Positions 1 through 10,897 of a DNA stretch of 64,000 nt are shown here, piece by piece. The notes beneath the pieces are model-generated. The model was not told the origin of the DNA. It was given only the letters and a program-made list of their open reading frames with translations, and ran no database searches. Position 1 is the first letter of the stretch. Every line of letters starts with the position of its first letter. This DNA comes from Mobula hypostoma (lineage: Eukaryota): contig NC_086097.1 in the NCBI RefSeq assembly GCF_963921235.1, forward strand, positions 62,498,001-62,562,000, in the 5' to 3' direction. The translations under genes were made by a program, and so were the position numbers.

Positions 1-196
1 GCACAACGGCTTTGCAGAAATATTTGGCACTGAAAGAAAAAGTACTGAATTAACATGAAGTGTCTAATGCTCTGAACCTTAAGGTGATATAAAAGTGAAC
101 ATATCAATAGGGCCATATAATTTAATAAACAGTATTTGAATATTAATAAAGTAGATTAAAAAAAACAAAATATTACAAATCCTAGAAATCAGATAC

Positions 197-360
197 AAAG
201 AAAGCAACTGCTGGTAAAAGCTCTGCAGCTGAGGAGGCATCAGTGAAGAGAGAAGCTGAATTAATATTTTAAGTTGATATAAAATCATTAACCAAAAGTG
301 CTAAATCTGTTTCTCTCTCCACTGATGTTCTCTGACCTGCTGGGCATTGAGTATTTTCAG
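197..360. mobile_element. Highly decayed Penelope-derived inverted-repeat remnant
   Basis: The two halves (ctgctggtaaaagctctgcagctgaggaggcatcagtgaagagagaa and tttctctctccactgatgttctctgacctgctg) are roughly reverse-complementary and resemble the cleaner element at 6122-6362. Confidence 0.4.
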
Positions 361-489
361 TAATTCTTACTTCTTTTGTCAACATTGTTAATTAAATTAC
401 TGAATACAAAAGTCTCTATTAAATGAAAAATCAAAAAACTCACAAGCCAAATGTCTTGAAAATATAGCAATTGCACTGAAATCCATATC

Positions 490-968
490 ATGAACATCAG
501 GAAGGGGAAGTCAGGAGAACAAACACTGTTCATCATTGAGAGGTCTGCAATGGAAAGGGTGAACAGCTTCAAATTCCTGAGCATCAACACCTTAAGAGGA
601 CCGATCCTGGGCACAACACATTGATGCAATCTTGAAGAAGGAAGTCCAGCTTCATTAACTTTATTTGGAGCTTGAGGAGATTTTGCATGTTACCAAAGAC
701 ACTAGCGAGTTTCTGCTGAAAAGCATTCTGAATGGCTGCATCACCGCTCGCTATGGAAGCTCCAATGTGCAGAACCAAGAATGAGCAAAAATCAAGGCAG
801 TTTTGAAAGGGAATGCCTCAAGAAGGTGGCATCCACCATTAAGGGCCTTCACCATCTGAAACATGCCCGCTTCTCATTTCTACCATCAGAGAGAAAGTAA
901 AGGAGCCTGAAAACTCACACCAAGCATGTTAGGAACAGCTCCTTCTCCTCAACCATCAGATTTTTTTA
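490..968 (+). mobile_element. Rex1/Babar-type LINE, decayed 3' part of ORF2
   Basis: Broken ERVNSFKFL..., ESILNGCIT... and LPSERKxRSLKTHT-like segments match the better-preserved copy at 52058-52648. Confidence 0.8.
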
Positions 969-1921
969 TAGCGCAGAACAATCATGGTGAATAAAGGGAT
1001 GAATAGGGTCTATAATCGCTTACACTTAGCAAAGTAAATCATATTAGTAGCAATTTGGCAGCCACCTTATATTGAACAGTATATTGGGCTTCTATTTGCT
1101 GTCAGAAAATGTAGCATTACCACCAAAGAGCAACCTCCACTCCACCGATCTTTCCTTACATTAAAATAATACGGTGCAGTTTTCTCTGCATACGCTTTTT
1201 CTCTCTTTATGGCAGTGCCTTTTATGAAAAGCTTTTTTTGCCATCTCTCCAATGGCGTAATAAACAATATCATAGACTGCAATTCATTGTTACAGAGAGC
1301 TGTATTTATTAACCTCTGCCAACTAAATGAATGCAGTAGCATTGTTTAGTTGATTAATTGCATGTTAGCAGATATCACTTTGGTTTTCACTGGCAGTTCC
1401 ACAGTTCTGTGCTCACAGCCATTGAAGTACCATATATAAATATAGAAGGAATTAAATGAACAATTCATATCAACAACAAAAACAAGAGGTTGTTTCGTTA
1501 ACCCATAAATCTTCTGTTATTTTGAAAATGCAACTCTTGATTGATAATAATGAAAAGCAAACATCTTTTGTTTATTCTGTTTGGTCTACAGTACTTAACG
1601 ACATCTTTTGTTAACTCTTACTCATTCTCTGCCCCAGTAAACTGCTTCATCACAATTAAATACAATTCAATAGACACAAGCATCTGTGTTTCATTCTTAA
1701 TCAGATTATTCTTAGACTATCAAATGATTTTTTAAGTATATCGAAGTTTCCTGATCTAAGGATTATATCCAAAAAAATACATTACTAACTCCACAATTTA
1801 AAGCAGTTTGCATCATTTGGTTATCTCATCCTTGGCATTGAAAATCCAGCATTATTGCTAAGGGACAATTGAACCGATGTTACTCAAATTTACATGTAAA
1901 ATAACGACAAAGGAAAGATAT

Positions 1922-2160
1922 AATAAGACCATAAGACATGGTAACAGAATTAGGCCATTCAGCCCATCAAGGCTGCTCCCCAATTCCATCATGGTTAATT
2001 TATTATCCTGCTCAACACCATTCATCTGCCTTTTCCCCATAACCATTGGCACCTTTACTAAACAAGAACCTACCAAATTCCACTTTAAATATACCCAATG
2101 ATTTGGCCTCCACAGCCATCCGTGGCAACGAATTCCACAGATTCACACCTGCTGGCTAAA
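1922..2160 (-). mobile_element. CR1 LINE 3' end fragment
   Basis: 8-bp tail repeat (taagaccataagacat), ggccattcagccc motif and gaattccacagattcac (reverse of VNLWNS), as in the 47781 copy. Confidence 0.75.
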
Positions 2161-3479
2161 GATGTATTTTTAAGTATAATATCTTTTTGGAAAATAAAGT
2201 ATGGAATAAAGAAATGAATGTTTAAAATCTGGTCAGCAATTCAGATTCTTAGGAGAATGCTTAACGAGTGCAGTTGTCAAGTTTCAGGAGTGGGACAATT
2301 CTGTTGAAACTACAGAGCTGAATTCCAATATTTCTGGAGTTGGAAAATAGGAAAGGTGTTCTAGATTCAATGAGGAACTTTCTGTATGATTTTGTGGTTG
2401 AAATAATCAAACTAGAGCTTCAAAAACTTCAAAATGACAAGAAGGTCTGCCAAGCAATACCAATTATCCGAAGAATGATTGGAAAAAATCAAGATAAAGT
2501 GCATGTTAAACAGAGTAATGGCTAATCAAAAATGTGGTGGAAATATTGACCAATCTTCTGCAGTTCCACCACAGCCCACATTTGTGCTAAATAACAAAAG
2601 CAGCTTGCAACAGTCAGAATTAATCAATACCACAACCAAAGGTCAGATCAAATTTCTGCAGTCCTGCCACACCTAACTACGAGTGATGACAACTGACAGG
2701 AAGACGTGAGCAGAACAGACCCAAGCAGTGACCTGACCAGCATTTCAAGTTCAAGTTTAATTGTGATTCAGGCATACACATGAACAGTCACACATATTAA
2801 CAAAACAAGGCACATATCGCACATAAAATTACAGTAGCAATAAAACATACAGTCACAAAAATAATAATAATAATAATATAGCCAAGTCCATGAATGTGAA
2901 GGCCTGTAGATTGATGGTACAGAACATGTTGCCCTGGAGCCTTGTTCCTGCAAGAACAAGCCCACAGCTGTCCTCATCCCACACTACTACGGCCACAGAT
3001 GAGCTCAAGCCAGCTTGTCTTCCACCGAACGAACACAGGAGGATAGCACCCAGCCCTGCAGTGCTACACCACCGATGAATCCTCCCCTGGGTGGATACAA
3101 ACGGCATGAGGGTCAGTCCGCTCTTCAATCAAGGCCAAGCAGCTCCTCCACCATTGGTCTCACCAATAAATCAGGAATTGGACTTGCAGCATTCTGCATT
3201 ACCAATGTCCAATAGGGTCTTGCAAGCACAAAAAAAAACATCCGAGAGAAAAATACAGATGGGATATATTTCAGCTGATATCCCTATAATTATAGAAACA
3301 AATCTTTAACAAATCCGCTTCGTAATATTTGATATCAAAAAGAAAAATGAGAACATCATGTAAAATGATGTTTCTCAGACTTCAGGTCCGTGACTTGTGT
3401 GTCACAGGGGTCAGTGCCAGGAGCTTTCTAGTTTGTTATTTATGTTACCTTTTTGAATTTTAATAGAAAAGGTAAGGCA

Positions 3480-5350
3480 TTCCGACAGCCCAGTCAGCAG
3501 CAGGAGCAGGCGACAGCAACGAGGTTTCTTGCAGTTCAGCGATGCTTGTTTAAAAGTACAGAAGGGACAAGCAGGGTGGCCATTGTTGGGAGTTGGCCAG
3601 CGGTGAGAGTAGGAGTGTCAGGCTTTGACTCTGGGTAAGCTGCTGTTAAGGTTCCCGTTTTTTCTCTCTTACTGTACCTATTGTAGTAAATGGCCATTGC
3701 GTGTTCTTCATGCCAGATGTTGGAGTCCCAGGTGACCCAGAGACTCCCAGGAAACTACACTGCATGAAGTACACCCAGCTGCAGCTCTTTGAAGACTGTG
3801 TTAGGGATCTGGAGCAGCAGCTGGATGACCTTTGGCTCATTCAGGAGAGTGAGGAGACAATCGATCAGAGTTACAGGGAAATAGTTACCCCAAAGTCGCA
3901 GGAGGCGAGTAGCTGGGTGACTGTCAGAAGAAATGAAAATGTGAATACGCAGTCAGCACAGAGCACCCCGTAGCCATTCACTCAATTAGAATACTGCTTT
4001 GGATATTGCGGTTGGTGATGACCTCCCGGAGGAATACCACAGAAATCAGGTTACTGGCACTGAGCAGAGGTCCATGGTGCAGAAGGGAAAGAGGGAAAAG
4101 AGGGGAACAGTAGTGATTGGGGACTCAATAGTGTGGGGATCAGACAGCAGATTCTGTGGATGTGAATGGGACAACCATATGGTATGTTGCCTCTCAGGTG
4201 CCAGGGTCAAGGACATCTCGGATCACGTCTACAACATTTTGGAGAGGGAGGGAGAGCAGCCAGATGTCTTGGTACATATTGGTACCAATGACATAGGAAG
4301 GAAAATCAAAGAGGTCCTAAAAAGAGAATTTAGAGAGCTAAGTAGAAAACTGAGAAACATAATCTCCTAGGTAGTAATTTCTGAATTGCCGCCTGTGCCA
4401 TGTACCTGTGCGGGTAGAAACAGGACAATTTGGCAGATAAATGTGTGGCTGAGAAGCTGGTGCAAGGGGGCAGAGCTTCAGATTCTTGGATCACTGGGAT
4501 CTCTTCTGGGGGAGGTATGACCTGTTCAAAAGTGACAGGTTGCACCTGAACCCAAGGAGAACCAATATTCTCGCAGGCAGCTTTGTTAGAGCTGTTGGGG
4601 AAGGTTTAAACTAATTTGACAGGGGGGTGGGAACCACAGTGAAGGGATTCAGGATAGGACAGATGGTAAAAAAGCAAAGGTAGCATGCAGTCAGACTGTC
4701 AGAAAGGGCAGGCAGATGATATGCCAAAATTGCAGCCAGCAGGGTGAGTATCAGTGCATTAGGAATGCAGAATGAAAAAGGGTAGCAAATGCAGAACTCA
4801 AAGTGTTACATCTCAATGCACGGAGTATAAGAAATGAGGTGGATGATCTTGTTGCACTTTTACAGATGGTCAGGTATGAAACTGTGGCCATCACCGAATC
4901 GTAGCTGACTGATGGTTGTAGTTGGGAGCTTGATATCCAAGTGTATCGGAGGGACAGGCAGATAGGTAGAGGGGACGGTGTGGCTCTGCTGGTAAACAGT
5001 GGCATCAAATCAGTAGAAAGATGTGATAAGGATCAGAAGGTGTGGAATTTTTGTGGGCTAAATTAAGAAACTGCAATGGTAAAAGGACCTTGATGGCAGT
5101 TACATACAGGCCTCCCAACAGTAGCTGGGATATGGATCCCAGGTTACAGTGGAATATAGAAAAAGTATGTTAACAGGGCAATGTTATGATCATCATGGAA
5201 GATTTCAACATGCAGTTCAATTGAGAAAATTAGGTTGGAAATGGATCTCAAGAGAGTGAGTTTGTAGAATGCCTATGAGATAGCTTTTTAGAGCAGTTTG
5301 TCATTGAGCCTACTAGAGGATAAGCTTTTCTGGATTGGGTAGTATGTAAT
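3480..5350 (+). mobile_element. CR1 LINE 5' half, decayed (ORF1 zinc-finger/coiled-coil plus SGNH esterase; start of ORF2 APE endonuclease)
   Basis: ORFs 3701-3973 (LFEDCVRDLEQQLDDL) and 3999-4370 ([17 protein letters not shown]) are homologous to ORF1 at 50910-51680; LHLNARSIRN, ITES and YRPP APE motifs from about 4800, with stops and frameshifts. Confidence 0.9.
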
Positions 5351-5700
5351 GATCCCTGCAGAAAGCACAGAGTTGGGGGGGGTAAAGAATTATTTGGTTG
5401 TAGGATCCCGTTGAAGATGGCTGTAGTTTGGGAGAATGACGTGTTGGATGTGGAGACTCATGGGTAGTAGGTGAGGACAAGAGGAATTGTATCCCTGTTA
5501 AAGCAGCAGGAGGATGGGTTGAGAACAAATGTTTGGGAAAAGGAGAAGTTGAAGGTTAGGGCAGCATCAATGGTGGAGGAAGGGAAAGCCTGTTCTTTGG
5601 AGAAGGAAGACATCTCTGAAGTCCTGGAAAGGAGAGCCTCATTCTGGGAACAGATGTGGTGGAGACAAAGGAAATTAAAAAAGGGAATAGCATTTTTCAC
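5351..5700 (-). mobile_element. Penelope-like element ORF fragment (region between RT and GIY-YIG)
   Basis: ORF 5458-5700: AIPFFNFLCLHHICSQNEALLSRTSEMSSFSKEQAFPSSTIDAAL...IPLVLTYYP, resembling the IPxSQxLRxRRICS...PLVLTYHP signature of vertebrate Penelope elements. Confidence 0.75.
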
Positions 5701-5709
5701 ACATTGTAA

Positions 5710-5990
5710 TTTTTCCCGTGGAAGGGGAACTAAAAACTGGAGTACAAAAGTTCAAGGTGAGAGGGGAAAATGAGGGGCAACTTCTTCACACAGTGAATGG
5801 TGCATATTTGGAATGAGCTGTTTGGAAAGATGGTTGAGACAGATACAATCACAACATTTGAAAGATATTTGGATAAGTATGTAAATAGGAATTGTTTAAG
5901 AGGATAAGGGCCAAATAAGGGATTAGCTTGGTGGGCATTGGAATCAATATGGACAAGTTGGGCTGAAGGAGTTGCTTTCATACTGTATTC
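5710..5990 (+). mobile_element. CR1 LINE 3' end
   Basis: GNFFTQ..VHIWNEL..FERYLDKY-like C-terminus and ggacaagttgggctgaagg 3' UTR motif. Confidence 0.75.
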
Positions 5991-6121
5991 ATCTACACCA
6001 CTGGAGACAGCAAAGCCTTTGATACTAGATAACATAGTGATATAGAGTTAAGCACCAGAGATTACCACATTGTTCCTGCGTAGTTGCAACACTGGTGTCT
6101 AACCAATAATATGAGAAAATA

Positions 6122-6362
6122 GCAACACACATAAAAGTTGCTGGTGAATGCAGCAGGCCAGGCATCATCTCTAGGAAGAGGTACAGTCGACGTTTCGGGC
6201 CGAGACCCTTCATCAGGACTTTGTGAGTCCTAACGAAGGGTCTCGGCCCGAAACATCGACTGTACCTCTTCCTACAGATGCTGCCTGGCCTGCTGCGTTC
6301 ACCAGCAACTTTTATGTGTGTTGCTTGAAATTCCAACATCTGCAGATTTCCTCGTGTTTGCG
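6122..6362. mobile_element. Short Penelope-derived palindromic element (inverted pLTR pair) with a 14-bp TSD
   Basis: 100-bp arms 6121-6220 and 6226-6325 are reverse complements (6 mismatches by eye) with a 5-bp spacer and a 37-bp extension; flanked by aatatgagaaaata (6108-6121) and aatatgaggaaata (6363-6376). Confidence 0.85.
6185..6220 (-). ncRNA. Minimal type I hammerhead ribozyme motif (Penelope type)
   Basis: Minus strand reads AGUC-CUGAUGA-A-GGGU(CUCG)GCCC-GAAA-C-GUC-GACU: intact core, stem I AGUC/GACU, stem II, loopless palindromic stem III (ACGU), GUC cleavage triplet. Confidence 0.8.
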
Positions 6363-6699
6363 AATATGAGGAAATACCCAGGTTTTTCCAGTTCACAAAA
6401 AGCAGGCCAAGTTATATCCAATATGATAAACTGCCAACCAGTTTACTCTCAAACATCAGCAATGTGTAGAAACAAGTTGTTAATAGTGTTATCAAGCTGC
6501 ACTTCCTTTCCAATAATCTTCTCTTTCTCTCAAAAGCTCTATTAGGGACCTTTCGGGACTATTTAGCTCAATACCTTATCACAGACTTGTTCCAGACTCA
6601 GACCAAGGAACAGAATATCAGTGTGACATCTGTAAGCTCTGCTAAATGGCCTACTTCTGCACCTATTTTCTATATTTTCTATGTAAAACTGAAAACAGT

Positions 6700-7300
6700 C
6701 CAAAAAACTCACTGAAAGGAGAATGATTATGGTGGCTGGAAGTCAATCATCCCGTCCCCAGGACACCAATGCAAGCACTCCTCATGACAAAACCTGGTCC
6801 CAGCAGCTTCATCAATGTCAAAGCTGAAGGAGTGTACTGATGATTACTCGATTCCATTTGCAGCTCCTCAGGAAATGATACAGTCCACCCCTGCATCAGC
6901 AAGACAGAGACTACCTTTAAGCATGAACTGTTTCATTTGTATCAGGCAATATTCAACTCAGGCAAGAAAGAGTCTAACCACCTACTGTATCTCACTTTGA
7001 AAATATGTGTAGATAGTGTAAATGCTTTGAAAATCAGAGTTACAAGCAAGGTCTACCTATACTCTGACTTGTTCTGGTAGCGAGAATATTTATGTCGCAG
7101 ATACAGTTGAGTCTCTGATCAATGGATAACCTCCTGATTATGTGGGGAGGAGGATGGGTGGATAGGGGGTGGCTTAGTGATGGTCACTAACCCTACGAGG
7201 CAGAAGAACATCATGAAATGCCAATCACTTGTCTAAATAGGTGCAATTCCAACAAGGCTGGGATCAAGCAAGGCAGTGCATCACAGAAACCACCCCACCC
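6700..7300 (+). mobile_element. Old CR1/L2-group LINE RT fragment
   Basis: gtggctggaagtcaatcatcccgtccccaggacacc...cagcttcatcaatg resembles a decayed VVGGQSS..GVPQGSVLGP..FIND region. Confidence 0.45.
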
Positions 7301-7974
7301 TATCCTGCCCCTGCCATCTCCTTAACCCTTCCTGCTGCAATACTACACCTCACCTCCAGCAAGGTTTCAACTCCAACTGGAATTGAGCTGAATCACTGGG
7401 TAATTAGGAATGAGTTCAACCTTCAGAACTAATATCACTCCAACTCAGACAAATTAGATAAAGATATTCTTAAAATGCCTTAATTGCATATCCTATTATT
7501 TAATTATACTGCATTTGTTGACAATGTCAAATTAATTAAAACATTTTCATAGAATGGTGATAATCACAACCGTCATTTTCTCCTCACATTTAGAACAATA
7601 TTCACCCTTCCAATCCAGAGGGCTTGATTATTTTAAATATTTTATTCTGCACTTACCTACCCAATTTGTATTGCAGTTTCTGCTTATGTTTGTGTATTGC
7701 TTTTAAACATCATAACTTAGTTAGGTAGCAAATCTATAATGGTCTGTAATTAGGATGTAGAGCTTGGAGAATAAACTGGCATTGAACTTAAGTAAGAATA
7801 CTTGGTAAGCTTCTGCTTCAGCTACATCACATTCTCTTTGACTTCACAGTATTCCAGTTTGTTTGATTTGCTAATTATTCTATGCCTGTGAAATTTCCTG
7901 TATCTGCTATTCACAACTCACACAACTTGCTGTCAGTTGCAAATCTGGCAATGTTCCTAAATATTCTCCATATT

Positions 7975-8245
7975 ATTTTTTATTTTAGTTATTTTATCTA
8001 CTGAGAGTTAGAGGACAAAATATGCCCTTCCATACCTTTGAGCTGCACTCCCAGCAACCCTTCACTTAGCCCCAGACTGATAATAGGACTGTGGCATCAT
8101 AGTCTTTGGACTGTGGGAGGAAACTGGAGCACCCAGAGTAAACCCACTCATTCCACAGGGAGGATCTGCAAACTCCTTGTAAACGGTGCCAGAATTGAAC
8201 TCTGAATGGTAATGGTGTTGTGCTAACTGCCACACTACTGTGACA
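7975..8245 (-). mobile_element. tRNA-derived SINE (V-SINE/HE1-like)
   Basis: gtgggaggaaactggagcacccagagtaaacccac...aaactccttgtaaac...agaattgaac is the reverse of a V-SINE-type core plus B box; same family as 63750-64000. Confidence 0.7.
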
Positions 8246-9149
8246 GTTTACAGAGCAAAACAGTGGAAAACGCAAATCTCTGTTCTACTGCTCCTTAGAT
8301 GTCACCACCTTCCTGTTTACCACCATCTGTTTTTAGGTGTCAATATTTTTTCAGTCCAGTCACTATGATTAAGCCAAAGGTTATTGAAGTGTGTATTAGC
8401 GTGTGTGTGGAATCTAGGGCATACCCACTGGCTCTCCACTGTAATTTCTCTAAGTCTTTGAAATACCACGGTCAAACCTGTGAGCTGTTCATCTCATTTA
8501 TATTTATTGCCAGCTGCCTCATGTTGTTCCTTATTATGCAGACTGAAACAAGACATGTATAATTTCATGTTTTAGCTCATTTTGTTTTTTATTGTTAGTG
8601 CAAGCTAAATGTGTCCTGAATATAGTCCAAGTTAATAAAATGCAAGCCCAAAAGTCAAGTAGCTTTTCAATTTGGAGTGCTGGCTTCCAGTAATCCTCTT
8701 GATACCTAGCCTTGCCAAACTGTCAATCAAATTGTCAGGTAAGATTGCAGAAGTGAAAAAGCAAATTAGCCAAATAAAAATACTGTGAAGTTCATCAGAA
8801 TGTGATATAGTTTAAGCAGAGGCTGGCAAATTCCTTTCACTTAACTTCAATGCCAGTTTATTTTCCAGACTGAGACAAGGGTGAAGTGGCAAATTGTATG
8901 TGTATAATTGCATAATAGGGAGATGTTTATAGAATGGCTCCAAATGAAGTTATAATGTTTAAAATCAATACACAAACAAAACATAAACTACAAGAAGAAC
9001 TGAGTAAATTGCCTTGATGTCAATCACCTTCAGCTCATAGTGATTAACATCCTGATTCCCTCCCTGCTAAACTTCCTCACCCAACTTTTTCTAGTAAATG
9101 ATCACTGCAATAGCCTGTAACTTCCCTTTTGAAGATGGCTTTTAAATTA

Positions 9150-9897
9150 CCTGTATGAGCTGGCATTTTTGCGGTGTGAACTGAAGTCTTGAAGGTGCCG
9201 GATGGTTGTGGCACGGCGTGTATAGGCTAAATTGAAGTGGTGGGACCCAGGCCCGAGAGCAGGGATTGAGCCAATGTCTGACCATTGCTGGAGTGGACTG
9301 AGGTGATTTGATGCAGCAGAACTGAGGTGAGGTAGAGTCGAGATGGCAGGGTCCGGGCCTGAGCCAATAGCGAAGACTGAACTGAGATTTGATCGATTTA
9401 AGCACCGGGTCAATTTGGAAAGGGCAGGTCAGGGCCAAATCAAGGTGGCTGGCCCAGGCCTGAGAGTGTACTGAAGCTGCAAGGCCCAGGTCCGAGAGTG
9501 AGGAACAACCTGAGGTTCCAATGATTTAAGCACCGGACTAAAACATAAAGGTCACAGTGTTGGGGCCGGAGGTGAGGGATAGGTCAGTTCAGCTCACTGC
9601 TTCATGAGGTTTACCTTTCTCTGCACTGAACTGAGGCTGTGGTCTCCGACCTCCAACCTACAGGACTGGCTGCAGCAAAGCCTGGCTTTGCGGCTGTGGA
9701 CTCACATTTGTGAACTTCAGTTGTTTGTATGCTTTATTTGTTTGCACAACATGCCTTTTTTCTGCACATTAGGTATTTAGCGGTCTTATTTTAATGTGTT
9801 CTAATGAGTTTCTTTGTTTTGTGTCTGCCTGAGAGGAGGCAAATCACAAAGTTGTATTTAGTATGCGTACTTCAATAATAAATGTACTTTGAACTTC
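9150..9897 (+). mobile_element. Non-autonomous retroposon-like repeat ending in a Rex1/Babar-type tail
   Basis: GC-rich body with internal direct repeats (gcccaggcccgagag; gatttaagcaccgg twice); ends aataataaatgtactttgaactt like the LINE tails at 25200 and 34780. Confidence 0.45.
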
Positions 9898-10897
9898 AGC
9901 TGACCAGTGCAAAGTAATGCCACTAAAATTCTGCATGCATCCCATCACAAAATGCACCTGCAGCTCACATCATTCATTCTATGAAATGAGTGCATCTGGG
10001 ACATTCACCAGCCAGCTGTGAGTAGAGTGTGCTGGTAGATGAAACAGAACAGTTTGAACAGGGGGCTGACACTTGGAATGCCAAAACCATCTGTCAACCA
10101 GTTGCAACGCATATCTTCTCAAGAGAGCTGGAATGAGCTTTGGGTGTTTCCTGTAATTGCCTCCACTTGGTCGTTGCCAACACGCTGGAGGAAGTTGCAC
10201 CAACCATGATCAGAATTCTCAATTTAGATGAAGCTTATACAAGCGGTGATAAAAATTCACATCTCATCATTTGCCTTGGTGGCAACAGTGCTGTGCCAGA
10301 GATGGCTTCTAAGCAGTTAACGGATCACATCATCGTAGCATCCTCAGGAAGGCTGATAAAGTTCCAGATAAATAATCTCACATTTTTTTCTGCAGTCCTA
10401 TGGAATTGTTTTCTCCAGTACAGCATGAAACGTCAACTGTACTGGTTATCTAAATGCTGCTTGGTGTGCTGAGTTCCTCCAGGCATTTTGTGTGCGTTAC
10501 TCGGGTTTCCAGCATCTTGAGGCTCAAAATGGGCAGCTTTTAGTTTCAGCACTGAAGCTCCTCCCACTGGCTTTTCTGATAATCAAGCAGGAAGAAAATG
10601 AACAGATGCTCACTCACTCTAGGCTAGGGTCCCTGCTGACTATGCTGTAACCAGGAGTTTGTTTAAGATCACCTTCCAGTTTTCACAATTATCAATCCTG
10701 AGGTTAAATAAACATACAAAAGGAGACCTTTGTCATCCTCTGACACTTACAATTTTCAAAGCTAGCATTTCAACTGCGAAGGATAAACAGTTAACAAGCA
10801 TATTGCTGCTATATTGAAGAGCTGATAAATTGGGAGCTTGTTTTGACCTTACTTTCACAGAGCACTAATAGGAATGAGTTGTTCAGCACAGGACAAT

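Noticed and set aside
10140..10472. Short ORFs in unique DNA (also 2340-2676, 35665-35865, 42772-42993, 63413-63655) as host exons
   Set aside because: No recognisable protein similarity or convincing splice-site pairs; lengths are compatible with chance.
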